Below, one piece after another: positions 35,626-48,221 of a stretch of DNA of 57,486 bases. The notes beneath the pieces are model-generated. The model saw only the letters and a program-made list of their open reading frames with translations. It searched no databases and had not been told where the DNA came from. How positions within the stretch are numbered: position 1 is the first letter of the stretch; every line of letters begins with the position of its first letter. Both the position numbers and the translations under genes were made by a program. Origin of the DNA: Tubiluchus corallicola (Eukaryota > Animalia > Priapulida); assembly GCA_030141605.1 (NCBI GenBank), contig JAQGDQ010001173.1:1-57486 (forward strand), written 5' to 3'.

Positions 35626-36847
35626 GCAACATTTGAATTGAAGCATGCATGTAAGCAACATTTCTGATACGAAAGCACACAATTGTTTAACATTCTTGAA
35701 ATGGAGTGCACACGTGAACAACATTTGTTAATTGGAACTCACTTTCGAACACAACTTAAAGACACTTTCTTTAATAATATTCTTGAAAGCAAGACACTAC
35801 CGTGCTATAATCTTGGTGAAACAGTAGCAAATTGAGCGCTCAATTATTTGATATTCTTACAGTACAGCAGACAAATTAGCTTGGTTTAAAATTGGACTCA
35901 TTGTAAGCAAGATTTTAAAAACAGAGCATATAGGCTGCGTTTCCAAGTCTACAGAGCAATTAGTCTTAAATAGAGAAAGTGCACTAAACTATACAACGAA
36001 TTTGAAATGGAGCATGCAGCCATATGACTTTATTAAAATAAATTATTTACAGGGACAGTATTTTTTTAAATTGAACGTACTCTAGAATTTCTAGTTATTA
36101 TAGTCTTATTGTTTTTAAATGTCATCAAAGTTATACTTACATAATATCTCTTTCGCAAACCTTATACTTTTAAACTTTGCTCTTATTTTATTATTTTAGC
36201 TAGAAACTCTTCAATTTTTGCTTTTGTGAACACATGCAACATGCTAGTGGAATGTTTTTGCTGTTGAAAATTATCTGCAGTTGTGATGTTATCATTAGAT
36301 GCGATCGCCTGCTATTAATTAAGTTAATATCCTATTATTTAATAACCAAAAACGAATCGGCATTATCATAGGTCTTAACATATATACTTTTTCTGTACCT
36401 CAGAATGAGGTAGAATATGGAAAATAACCCTATTTTCCTTTAAACATGAATATGATTAGCTTTCTTACTAAAACACGATGTAATCATAATAATGTGTTTA
36501 CAAATATGTACGTAATATTGTGATATGTACGTAAGAAGATACACCTAATTGGTGAAGTGTTGCAAAGTTAAACGTGTTATAATAACACTGTTGTGATAGA
36601 TAATTGCCTATTTGGCTTTGTGTCTACGTACGAATAGAAAGACATTATTAATGGCAATAATGGTTCGTTTATCACACCAACAGTAATGCGTGAATGACCA
36701 ACGGTAGATGAAATGGTAGTGTTAATCATACGCTAAAATAAGTGAAGTGAATGGCAGCAAATCTTCTTCTGATCCAGTTCTGTCTTCTGACTTTCGTTTT
36801 TCGAATACAGAACACATTTCATTTCGAAATATAAACCTGCTAGAATC

Positions 36848-37596
36848 ATGAATTCTACTTCATTTTTGGTTAATTTTACAACAGCAGATGTAACAGGAAA
36901 TGGGGACAGTTTTCTGGCTAAGCCTGAGATAGGGATAAAAGTCCTGTTTTTCACGATTATGTGCATTGCTACAGTTGCAGGAAACTTATTGGTTCTTATT
37001 GCAGTTTATCAGATTCCTGGTTTGCGAACTAAAACAAATGCTCTTATAGCATCTCTTGCTGTGACCGGTTTATCGTGCCTGCAGAATTGACAGCAGTGTG
37101 GCATCCAGCCATGAGGTCAAACCAAGTGTTTATGCTCCTACAATGCCTGTTTCAATTTGAAATGATGGATGCAAGTTCTTTTCATCTGTGCCTGATTGCT
37201 ACTGAAAGATACATAACTGTTGTTCATCCATTCAAGTATCACACCCTCATGAGAAAAGAAGCCATTGTTGCTGCACTTTGTATTACTTGGATTTTAGCTT
37301 TAACTGAGGCAGTTATTTATGTTATTTTTCTATACATTTTGAATACACGAAGTCTTTTAATCGTTGATGCTACTGTAACATTTTATTTACCAGTGCTAAC
37401 GGTTCTTGTGCTCTATGCCCTAATTTGGAAAACTGCAAGAAGGCATGTCTTACAGATACACAGTCAGTATCAGGGAAGCCAGGCAAACGTGATGCAAATG
37501 AAAGCAACAAACACTTTAGCCATTGTTACCTTTGCTTTTCTGGTGTATTGGGGTGCCTTTTCTCTGTGTCAGACAAGGGAATTGATAAGGGAATGA
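36848..37596 (+). pseudogene. GPCR paralogue with TM2 deletion/frameshift and truncation after TM6
   Basis: Two overlapping ORFs (36848-37090, 37075-37596); the DLLV codons plus 1 nt are missing near 37066; no TM7 NPxxY. Confidence 0.88.
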
Positions 37597-38039
37597 CCTA
37601 AAGTTTTTGGCATTTATACATAGCCATACGTATTAATCAGTGTGGTAATTTTCAAATTATTCCTTTATTTTCTTCTTATACTGTCATGGTCCAAACTTTG
37701 ACTCATTTTTTGTGCCACTTGATATAATATATACCTAATTGCTGGCATTTTGCAAAGTAATCTTGCATGTTACACAACAGTTGCATTGCATTGTTCTGCA
37801 TGTGCACTTAATGTTTATAAAGAGAAAGTTTGTTATCATAGCTATTGTGCTTTCTAACGTATTTAACACTATATCGCATGAATATTGTATGAGAATGGTC
37901 ATCAAACATTACGTATTGTTCTTGTTTATAACGACCTTTTATCGTGCGTGGGCATTTTCAGATTTGCTTTAGCTAGTCTTTGCAGTGAGAAGATAATGTA
38001 AATGTTCGTTGAGAAACTTAGCGCTTCGTAGCTCATTCT

Positions 38040-38487
38040 CTTTTTATGGTATACTGTTATGGTATAATATAACAATTGTATGAGGAAATTGTTTTCACTA
38101 TCTTACCAGTGCAAAGGAAATGACGGAGGATGTTGCTGTTCCTGATTTTGATGTGTTACTAAGAAAATGTTCATTTTCCATAAGATCACGCCTTGAAGCA
38201 TGTGATAACACCTGTCCGAGATGCTTCAGGCTATCTGATGTATGTTGTACTTGTAAACTTCACAGCAGATGGTATGAGATATATTATAACTCGTGTATTT
38301 CACAAATCTCTCAGACTTACTTAAATCTGCAGGCCTATGTGTAGTCTTTACCTGTGTACATAATTTTTTAATCTATTAATCTTATAATTGTTTTTAGCCA
38401 CTAACTCTCATTTATCTTTTATCATTTATTGTGTCCAACTAACGTTATGGACATTTTTATGTGTGAAATAAAATTGAAATTGAATTC
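38040..38487 (+). mobile_element. 3' fragment of a CR1/L2-group LINE
   Basis: YNNCMRKLF...VPDFDVLLRKCSFSIRSRLEACDN resembles L2/Crack-type ORF2 ends as recalled; ends AATAAAATTGAAATTGAA. Confidence 0.5.
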
Positions 38488-38992
38488 AAAACTTACGTAG
38501 GTGTGGTAATATGTATTGTACGCATCTATGAAGTACATCCAGCCAGAAATCACACGTCATACACTTACTGTCTAAGCTAGAGAAAATTTATGGCTGCCAT
38601 CTAACAACACACGCTGCACTTGCCTAATTGCTGAAATGTTTTCGTTAATCAATGTAAACTTGCAGAGTAAAGAGGAATTGTTCTGCCGGTGTGCTCTGTG
38701 TCTATAAAATTCTATGGCTAGAAACATTATCATTGTGACTTGTTAATATAAATGACATTATATTGGATCATTGTGAGAGTGACTGTATATATAGTTTGAT
38801 TGTATTTCTGATAATGCTTTTCTTGTAAATGTTTTTCCCATGTGTCATTGCAATGAAAATACAACACAGACATTTGCTAAAGTCAACTGAATGCTCGGCT
38901 ACCTGTTCATTGTGTCTTTCATGACAGGTGTGTTTATCAATGAAAATGCTCTGCTGTTGCAAACCTTTCTGACTTTTTTCGAATGCGATGAT

Positions 38993-39895
38993 ATGAACAT
39001 GAATACGTCTTCGTTTTTGGTTGATTTTGTTACCATGAACACAACAGAAAGTGGGGTTACTTTTTTAGCAAAGTCTGTGATTTCAATAAAAGTTCTGCTG
39101 CTAATACTATTAGGTATTGCTATAATAGGTGGAAACTTATTAGTCCTGATTGCAGTTTGTAAGATTCCTCGTTTGCAAACTAAAACAAATGTTCTTGTTG
39201 CGTCTCTTGCTGTAACTGATTTTCTTGTTGGTTTATCAACACCAGCAGAAGTGACCACAGTGTTGTATCCAGCTGTGTTGTCAAACCAAGTGTTTGTATT
39301 GGTGCTGTACATATTTGAATTTGGAATGGTGAATGCAAGTATATGTCACTTGTGTCTTATAGCAGCTGAAAGATATGTGGCTGTTGTTCATCCATTCAAG
39401 TATCACACCATCGTGAGAAAAGAAACCATTGTTGCTGCACTTTCCATTACGTGGATTTTTGCTTTAACTGAGGCAGTTATTTATTTTATTTCCATAATCA
39501 TTTTCAATACAGGTCTATTTATCGTCGATGCTACTTTAGCATTTTGTTTTCCAGTGTTTACAATTTTTGTGCTGTATGTCCTAATTTGGAGAACTGCAAG
39601 AAGGCACGTCTTGCAGATACACAGTCAGGGTCAAGAAAGCCAGACAAATGTGATGCAGATGAAAGCAACAAAAACTTTAGCCATTGTTACCTTTGCTTTT
39701 CTGGTATGTTGGGGTCCCATTTATCTGTATCAGACAGTTTGTTATATGTTGTCTTACGAACTTAAATATGAAATAAATCAGGCTTTATATATATTTGGAT
39801 TTATCAACAGTGCCATTAATCCAATCGTGTATGCACTGTCTAGCACTGATTTTAGATGGGCTTTCAAAAAAATGTTGCTTTCGCGTGAATTGTAA
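38993..39895 (+). CDS. Intronless class A GPCR, intact, about 300 aa
   Basis: GNLLV, SLAVTDFLVG, ERY, CWGP and NSAINPIVY; paralogous to 34678-35625; start inferred from the MNxxSFLVDF alignment. Confidence 0.92.
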   Translation: MNMNTSSFLVDFVTMNTTESGVTFLAKSVISIKVLLLILLGIAIIGGNLLVLIAVCKIPRLQTKTNVLVASLAVTDFLVGLSTPAEVTTVLYPAVLSNQVFVLVLYIFEFGMVNASICHLCLIAAERYVAVVHPFKYHTIVRKETIVAALSITWIFALTEAVIYFISIIIFNTGLFIVDATLAFCFPVFTIFVLYVLIWRTARRHVLQIHSQGQESQTNVMQMKATKTLAIVTFAFLVCWGPIYLYQTVCYMLSYELKYEINQALYIFGFINSAINPIVYALSSTDFRWAFKKMLLSREL

Positions 39896-40127
39896 AACTT
39901 AATGCGAAAAACTTTCATGTGAATTGCTTTCACTTAATGATAACTTAATGATTAATAGCATGAAACTGAGAAACTGCACAAGTGAGCAAAATTCTTCAAA
40001 TAGAGCACACAATTGACCAAGTTTTTTGAAGCCAACATCCACGTAATGTTCCAAAGATGTGCTACAAAATTGAGCAACATTTTATGTGTGATAGATCGTC
40101 AGATTAACGAGCTTGATATAATGATGC

Positions 40128-40810
40128 GGAATTTGGAATGATGAATGCAAGTTCTTTTCATCTGTGCCTGATTGCTACTGAAAGATGCATAGCTGTTGTT
40201 CATCTGTTCAAGTATCACACCCTCATGAGAAAAGAAGCCATTGTTGCTGCACTTTGCATTACTTGGACTTTAGCTATAATTCAGGCTGTTATTAATATTA
40301 TATTGAGATTTGTGTTTAAGATGCAGAGTATGATAATTCTTGACAATATTTTATTCTTTTATTTACCAGTGCTTATGATTCTTGTGCCTCTAGGAAACAG
40401 AATCGACAAATTTTCGAAAGTAATCTTGCATGTTACACATCTATTGCATTGTATTGTTCTGCTTGTGCACTTGGTGTTCATAAAGAGAAAGTTTGTTATC
40501 ATAGCTATTGTGCTTTTTAACGTATTTAACACTACATCGCATGAATATTGTATGAGAATGGTCAGGCAAGTTTAATGCAGATGAAAGCAACAAAAACCCT
40601 TGCGATTGTTACCCTTGCTTTTCTCTTATGCTGGGGTCCTTTAGCTTTGTACGAAACTTTTAGTTTTATGTTGCTTTATAAAAAGAAATATGAAATAGTC
40701 AAGATTTCTTTTCTATTGGATTTATCAACAGTGCTGTTAATCCAATAATATATGCTTTTACTAATAGTGACTTTAAGATGGCATTTAAGAAGATTTTGCA
40801 TTGTAATTAG
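40128..40810 (+). pseudogene. GPCR fragment (TM3-TM7), chimeric with an inserted upstream-flank sequence
   Basis: Lacks TM1-2; ERY changed to ERC; ICL3 replaced by about 170 bp, most of it matching 37757-37901; frameshift in TM7 before NPIIY. Confidence 0.85.
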
Positions 40811-40850
40811 TAATGAGCAACTCATTAATAATGAGTAATGTAAATTGAAT

Positions 40851-41350
40851 GTTGTTGTTGGCATCCTGTCTCGGAAGACAATGGAATGTGCGCCAAGAGA
40901 GTCAGTTATTGACCACATTGATGGAGCTGCAGCGTCGACTGTGGCTGAGCAGTCCGATCCTTGAACGTCTCCGGGGCGCACGCCTGGGCAAGGTGTATGG
41001 AGATCCTGAGTTGCCCAGACAACAGGAACCCCCTCTCATTCTCCCTAGTGTAGTCCAAAGGAAAGCGAAGCGATACGTTTGGCACCAGGTTGGCTGCCGG
41101 AGTCAGTAAGCATGCTGCACTGGTCCGCCTTCGGGGCTCCACTCCTGATTTGGAAGGTTTACTCCTTTACACATAGCCGTTGGGTCACTTGACCTCCTCC
41201 GCCTAGTGTCGAGATACAGTGTGGACTTCCCGCAAGCCTACAGCACCTGGTATTCCTAGGAGGTCATCCATCCAAGTACTAACCAGGCTACGTTGCTTAA
41301 CTTCGGTGATCAGACGAGAACCGGTGTTTTTAACGTGATTTGGCCGTAGT
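40851..41350 (-). mobile_element. 5S rRNA-derived SINE (SINE3-type) with RTE-derived body and tail and a (CAA)n end
   Basis: 5S head at 41350-41234 runs with no T-tract terminator into a body ending in SRIGLLSHSRRC-coding sequence and GGATGCCAACAACAAC; second, truncated copy at 16803-17051. Confidence 0.8.
41234..41350 (-). rRNA. 5S rRNA-derived sequence (SINE head or pseudogene rather than a housekeeping 5S gene)
   Basis: Reverse complement CTACGGCCAAATCACGTTAAAAACACCGGTTCTCGTCTGATCACCGAAGTTAAGCAACGT...GTTAGTACTTGGATGG...GAATACCAGGTGCTGTAGGCTT. Confidence 0.85.
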
Positions 41351-43520
41351 TATATATTCAATAAGAGTGTGATAATATCCGGTGCCAGCTGTCTGTTTGC
41401 TCGCCTGTTGCTTGACAAGTTGAACCGTTTAGAGCGTGTCCGCACATCTGAAAGAAGCCGCTTGGTAACTGATAGAACAATGATTCCTTCACTTAAGTGC
41501 CCTTCATTGTTTTCAAACTTCAGGTATATCAGAAGAGGATGAGATTCGTTGCAGGTTTTCTCTTCATAGGCTTCTTGTAGAAACTGGAAGATGGAGGCAG
41601 AGACCATGACATACGCGCGTATGTGACTGTGCACTAGATGCTAATGGTGCAGTTCAAGATGCATTTGTCAGAAATAAGAGTGTTTTAACCATATAACAAG
41701 GACTGTTTATTAAATATTTCCACTCACCAAGGTACTAAGTTAGTCATTAATTTTGTGTCTGATTGTTTTAAGTTATTTTAATTGTTACATGAGCAATTTG
41801 TTTATTGTTCTTGTTGGACTAATTTCCGCTTTGTTAAGTTCTTACCCTGTGTATTTATAATTATTAGTCAATAAATCTAATCTAATCTAAATCTAATTTA
41901 GGTCAGTCAACACCGATCGTAGCTATTTTATCATTTGATATGCGCTAGTATTTTTTCGTAGCGATATTAGTTTAGTTGACTATTTTTGTACTTTAGATAT
42001 TTTGCAATATATTTTAGTTTTTGGGTTATAAATTTTGGTTATTGCTAATGGCCTTTAAGACTTTTGTTGTCATCATCATCACTTTTCATTTCATGTTTTG
42101 TATTGTTATTGTCACTATGTTTTCACTTGTCTATTATATCTAGTCGTCTACGTTAACTCAATGTTTAGTGTTTATTTTAACAGTGCAAATCTGGCATCAC
42201 ACTGCAGAAGTAATTCACAATAATTACTATTGAGGAGGAATTGCAATAAGTTCATCACCAGGGCGCTCTTCGAAGCCTGCTCCCACCCTGTCCTCAGCTA
42301 GGTTAAAATCCCTGACTCCTCATTTTTCCACTGACATTGCAGCAGATGCTGTTCGTCACCTTCTGTAGTATTTCGTTAAAGGCAACTTTGCCAGCAAGTG
42401 TAGCAAACTACTAGTTTATTGATTTTTGAGAGTACTAAACTTTTGTTTTTATAGAGTACATCGCTTGATCTTGAACATATAATCATAAACCAACAATGAA
42501 TAATTTTCAGCTGAGTAACTTAACGGAAAGGACAAATCACTTAGCATGTTGGTTTATTCTACTATTATTACTTAAACAAAGAAATTTGCAATAATCAGTC
42601 TACAAAGCATAAAGTTATATTTATACTACCACTGTGTACAAATTTACAGGCGTAGTGGTGACACCCATTCACTTGAATATTATGACGTAACTGGTAGACT
42701 TTGTGACTTTTCGAAATTGCATAATGCCTTTCCAAAAGCGCTAAAGTTGCTTAAACTAATTCAACTTCTGCAGGCTGTGTTCATGCAAAAATATTTGGTA
42801 ATTAAATATTTTTTTGTAAAAACATATTGAGTTTTGACGGAAATTAACAGTGCGCTACTTTTTCTTCATTCGATGAGTGACGTCACTGGTGGAAATATCA
42901 GCATTCAAATGAGAGCGCCCAAGCGTGAAATGAACGTGACATGTGAAAGTGATTTTACTAATTATATGAGGTGCTTATCACGTTTTTATTACTAAATATT
43001 TCTAGCATTTTTCGTAAACATTGAAATAAGCTTAACTTCCCAGAAAGCTTGGCCACCATTCCTTTAATTATTTTTGCCCACTCTAGTCTTTCTCAGGAAT
43101 CTTGAGATATGATGGCTTTAAATGTTTTTAAGTACAGCATAATCAAATTGTTTTACGTCTTATCTGCAAATTTGTTCTTGAGCTTTATGATTAACTTCTA
43201 AGAATTGAGACAATTGTATCTTAATTGAAATAAAATTCCAATTTGTTGTGAAATTAAATTCTTAGTTGTTGTGAGGAGATTTATTAACAACACAGAAAAA
43301 CGGAAAAGTCTGTATACTAAGTCTAAACTATGTACTCCCTCTTCCAAAAACAAATATAACGAAATATTTCTATGTATGTTTATATATGTACGATTTGCTG
43401 TGGAATAAATTCATAATTCAATAATCATTATAATCAATTTATTTAGTTTGAACAAACATTAGACTTCTGTTCTAAAAGTGTTAAATTATTTACTGTGCCT
43501 GTATTGTCATAAATTCTTAA

Positions 43521-43977
43521 AGGACAAGAAAATGGCCAACCAAAGTAAGCGTCAGAAAATTCGCAATAAAAAATTATGTCACCTAAGTATAATCTTAAGC
43601 AAATAAAGTACTCATGTTTTCGCATTTACTCCCATTTTTGTAAAATATTTCAATCGTTGCAGTAAACGTTGGCGCAGACATGTTACATTTAATCCGCCAA
43701 TTGAAAAGCCAGCATGTGACTGATCACGTGGCATGACGTCACTCGAACACAGTCGCAGTGAGTTCTGAGCACGTGTACTATAAAGATTTGTGTCGTGGTT
43801 CTGTGACGCCATCTAATATGGCGCCGCCATGACAGTCTCGGGGGAGTATTTAAAATGAAAACAAACAGGAAATTCTTTTAACGTGAATATGATAAACGCT
43901 TAAGATTGCCTCTAGCCGTTATAATTCTTTAGCAAAAATTTTCTGAGACTTGCTTTAACTAGGCCTTTTCTTGTCCT
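43521..43977. mobile_element. MITE with TTAA TSD and AGG...CCT termini, Kolobok-like
   Basis: TTAA(43517-43520)|AGGACAAGAAAA ... TTTTCTTGTCCT|TTAA(43978-43981); imperfect TIR extends beyond 55 bp. Confidence 0.8.
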
Positions 43978-44775
43978 TTAAGGGAGTTGACTTGTTTGAT
44001 GCAAATGACAAGTGGCTATGGAGAGTTGGTATTTATTTAAAAATCAGCAAATGATGCTAAGCCTAATATATTTTATTGGCGAAATATTTTCTGCAACACG
44101 ATTTGACAATACTGGACTACTGTCCGCTTTTAACGGAGGCAGGACGGATGGCACCGCGGCCCGCACCTTGCGGCATGTCCCAATTAAGTCATTCACGCCT
44201 CACCCAAAAGAGAACCCGAACAAAACAGAACAATAGAGTCAAAATGACAATTTATTACTACATATCACACCCCCTATAAGGAACAAACAGCTTACCTAGA
44301 AGAACGGAGTTTGCGGCAAGCCTGTGAAATGTGAACAGAGCTGCAATGAAAGACACGACCACTGACAAGGGTCTACAGCAGACCTTCCCTTTTTATAAGC
44401 TCAGGTGTGCACGTGACTAGTGGCCTTTACCAACACAAGGTCAGAATACGAGTCTGTGCCAGATAAAGCCTTGTTCACATGCACACCTGAGAAGTTTACT
44501 GTTTTCCCCTGCCAGTATTACATTTCATCTCATCACAGCCCTGCAGTACACTATGTACGTGTACGTTTGTGTACGTGTGAGAACAATGCCGCATATGCCT
44601 AATTATTAAACGTTTGACTGGCAAAGGTAAACTTACACAGCTTGTATGCTGCACTTCAGTGGTCAGATAATTGTTCAGCAGGTAACTAGATATCTATAAC
44701 ATTAATATTATGCTCTAATGTAAATAATATTTTATCGAATCAATCTCATGTAGCGATTGCATGAAGTACATAATT

Positions 44776-45284
44776 ATTGTGCTTGTGCTTTTAACAACAT
44801 TTATCACGCTAAAGGGTTTATCACCTCTCGTTGTTGTGCTCGTGCTTTTTACAACATTCATCACGCTAAAGGGTTTATCACCGCTCGTTATTGTGCTCGT
44901 GCTTTTTACAACATTCATCACGCTAAAGGGTTTATCACCTCTCGTTATTGTGCTCGTGCTTTTTACAACATTCATCACGCTAAAGGGTTTATCACCTCGT
45001 TATTGTGCTCGTGCTTTTTACAACATTCATCACGCTAAAGGGTTTATCACCTCTCGTTATTGTGCTCGTGCTTTTTACAACATTCATCACGCTAAAGGGT
45101 TTATCACCTCGTTATTGTGCTCGTGCTTTTTACAACATTCATCACGCTTAAGGGGTTTATCACCTCTCGTTATTGTGCTCGTGCTTTTTACAACATTCAT
45201 CACGCTTAAGGGTTTATCACCTCTCGTTATTGTGCTCGTGCTTTTTACAACATTCAACCCGCTAAAGGGTTTATCACCTCTCGC
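44776..45284. repeat. 57-bp minisatellite, 9 copies; inverted copy at about 49466-49982
   Basis: Unit TTGTGCTCGTGCTTTTTACAACATTCATCACGCTAAAGGGTTTATCACCTCTCGTTA. Confidence 0.95.
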
Positions 45285-45428
45285 TACAATAAAACATCAG
45301 CTACTTTTCTGGCTATCTCTTCGGTGATTGGAGAGAAAAGTTATAGCATTCTTTATCAATGAAAGTGAATTACCATTGTCTGCACTTGCAAGTTTGTTGA
45401 GATTGTACGTGTGGTGTGATCACAAAGC

Positions 45429-45962
45429 ATGCATCCTACTTCCAACGCTGATAATTTCGTCACTATGAACACAAGTGAAAATGAATCTGCTTACTTAAGT
45501 AAGCCTGTGATAGTGATTGCGGTTCTGTTGTATGCGTTGTCATGTATTGCTATAATTGCAGGAAACTTATTAGTTCTGATTGCAATTTATAAACTTCCTC
45601 GTTTGCAAACTAAAACGAATGCTCTTGTTGCATCACTGGCTGTAACTGATTTACTTATTGGGTTGACCACGTCAACAGAAATTATAGCGCTATTGTACTC
45701 AGTTGTGAGGTCAAGCCACGTGATGACCGTAAAGTACATTTTACAGTATGGAACCATAAATGCAAGTGTGTTTCATCTGTGTCTGATAGCAGTTGAAAGA
45801 TACGTAGCTGTTGTTCATCCATTCAAGTATCACAGCATCATGAGAAAAGAAGCCATTGTTGCTGCACTTTGCGTTACTTGGATTTTTGCGTTAACTGAGG
45901 CTACAATTACTGTTTACGTCAAATTCATTCTCAACGCGCAGACTCTGACCTTTGAAAGTTGA
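45429..45962 (+). pseudogene. GPCR 5' half (TM1-TM4), truncated by a transposon-derived insertion
   Basis: GNLLV, SLAVTDLLIG and ERY; stop right after TM4, followed by the element ending CCT|TTAA near 46261. Confidence 0.88.
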
Positions 45963-46261
45963 ATCTTTACCTTAAAACTTACCTAGTTTTATTGCAACAC
46001 ACTGAATATCTTACAGCAGCACTGTAGCTCAATTTTGTCTTTCGCAAACAAATGCAACACGCTCGTGAAACATTTTTGCTGTTGCAAATTATGTTAGTTT
46101 GTGATGTTATCAATAGTTGTGCTCGCCTGCCGTTAATTAAATTTTTAATCTATTATTTGATTATCAGAAATTCTTTTGCAGTATTAATTTTGTTAAAATT
46201 TATACTTTTTATGGGATTTGAAAGAGGGGTAGTGCACGATAAATATCCTGTCTTCCTTTAA

Positions 46262-46400
46262 AAAAATCACGGTATGGTAAAAAAGTCACGGGTAAAAAAG
46301 TCACGGGTAAAAAGTCACAGGTAATAAAGTCATAGGTAATAAAGTCAAAAGTCACAGGTAATAAAGTCACAGAAAAACTCGCAGGAAACAAGATTCACAG
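46262..46400. repeat. About 14-bp GGTAAAAAAGTCAC subterminal-type repeats of a DNA transposon; longer inverted copy at 52530-52760
   Basis: Tandem AAAAAGTCACGGGT / AATAAAGTCACAGGT motifs. Confidence 0.6.
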
Positions 46401-47092
46401 GAAAAAAGAAATAATCCCAACCCTTGTCACCAGATTTCTACCTAATAAACTGATTTTACTGAAACTATTCCATAGTTGCACATACCAATAATGAAGCCAG
46501 ATTTCACAACTTATATCGTTGCAGCCAGCTAAAAATACAATACACACTTATACGACATTCATATCCCATGACGGCTAAAACAGTTTTTATGTTAATTTTT
46601 TAAATTTATTTTAAACGTTAATTTTTTGACTTGTGTGTATGAGTTAGGACGTCCTGAGTTTGCTAAGCCCGTGTACGGGGGAGACATTTTCCGCTGCCTC
46701 GAGCATAAAAAAGGGTCTTTCATTAATAAACAACCTACAAGTTCAATAAATTTTATAATTTTTTATTAAAAATCAACGCTTCAACAAACCACACTATAGC
46801 AGTCAACTTTGGGTAATAAAGAATGATTTAAGAAATCTGGAATAGACCAAAAACATGACACAACTATAATTTTATTAGAAATGTTATAAAATTCGTTGAT
46901 ATTCTATGCTCTTGATCAAAGTGATGCCAGTCTTACTAGAAATGTTAAAAAATTCGTTGATATTCTAAGCAGTTGATCAAACTGATGCCACGCCTATTAT
47001 TCAGAATTTAAAAACTCCAAGGGTCTTTCTTCTTCTTCTTCTGTTAGAGAATCTGCTAGCAAATGACAAAGTGCACACAGAACATCCATTTC

Positions 47093-48180
47093 AAGTAGTT
47101 CACTCACATTGTTTCACATTGTTCAACCGTGTATGTACCACTTCAGGAATGTTGCAAAGGTTTCCGCTCAATCCCAAGTAGTTCACTCACATTGTTTCAC
47201 ATTGTTCAACCGTGTGTGTACCACTTCAGGAATGTTGCAAAGGTTTCCGCTCAATCCCAAGTAGTTCACTCACATTGTTCAACCGCGTGTGCACCACTTC
47301 AAGAATGTTGCAAAGGTTTCCGCTCAATCCCAAGTAGTTCACTCACATTGTTCAACCGCATGTGTACCACTTCAAGAATGTTGCAAAGGTTTCCGCTCTA
47401 TCCCAAGGAGTTCACTCACATTGTTTCACATTGTTCAACCGTGTGTGTACCACTTCAAGAATGTTGCAAAGGTTTCCGCTCAATCCCAAGTAGTTCACTC
47501 ACATTGTTCAACTGTGTGTGCACCACTTCAGGAATGTTGCAAAGGTTTCCGCTCAATCCCAAGCAGTTCACTCACATTGTTTTACATTGCTCAACCGTGT
47601 GTGTACCACTTCAAGAATGTTGCAAAGGTTTCCGCTCAATCCCAAGTAGTTCACTCACATTGTTCAACCGCGTGTGTACCACTTCAAGAATGTTGAAAAG
47701 GTTTCCGCTCTATCCCAAGTAGTTCACTCACATTGTTCAACCGCGTGTGTACCACTTCAAGAATGTTGCAAAGGTTTCCGCTCAATCCCAAGTAGTTCAC
47801 TCACATTGTTCAACCGCACGTGTACCACTTCAAGAATGTTGCAAAGGTTTCAGCTCAATCCCACGTAGTTCACTCACATTGTTTCACATTGTTCAACAGT
47901 GTGTGTACCACTTCAGGAATGTTGAAAAGGTTTCCGCTCTATCAAAAGTAGTTCACTCACATTGTTCAACCGTGTGTGTGTACCACTTCAGGAATGTTGC
48001 AAAGGTTTCTGCTCTATCCCAAGTAGTTCACTCACATTGTTTCACATTGTTCAACTGTGTGTGTACCACTTCAGGAATGTTGCAAAGGTTTCCGCTGTAT
48101 CCCAAGTAGTTCACTCACATTGTTCAACCGTGTGTGTGTACCACTTCCGGAATGTTGCAAAGGTTTCCGCTCTATCCCAA
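47093..48180. repeat. 73/83-bp minisatellite, about 14 copies, in the GPCR 3' flank; inverted copy at 50744-51831
   Basis: Unit GTAGTTCACTCACATTGTT(TCACATTGTT)CAACCGTGTGTGTACCACTTCAAGAATGTTGCAAAGGTTTCCGCTCAATCCCAA. Confidence 0.95.
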
Positions 48181-48221
48181 GAACGCCGTGCTCAATTAAT
48201 GCAATTAACTAACAAAGGTTG

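Noticed and set aside
41234-41350. Functional housekeeping 5S rRNA gene
   Set aside because: Single copy with substitutions and a small deletion, no oligo-T terminator, and fused to a retroposon body.
41350-41634. 94-aa minus-strand ORF next to the 5S head
   Set aside because: No ATG start, splice support or recognisable motif; probably a TE fragment.
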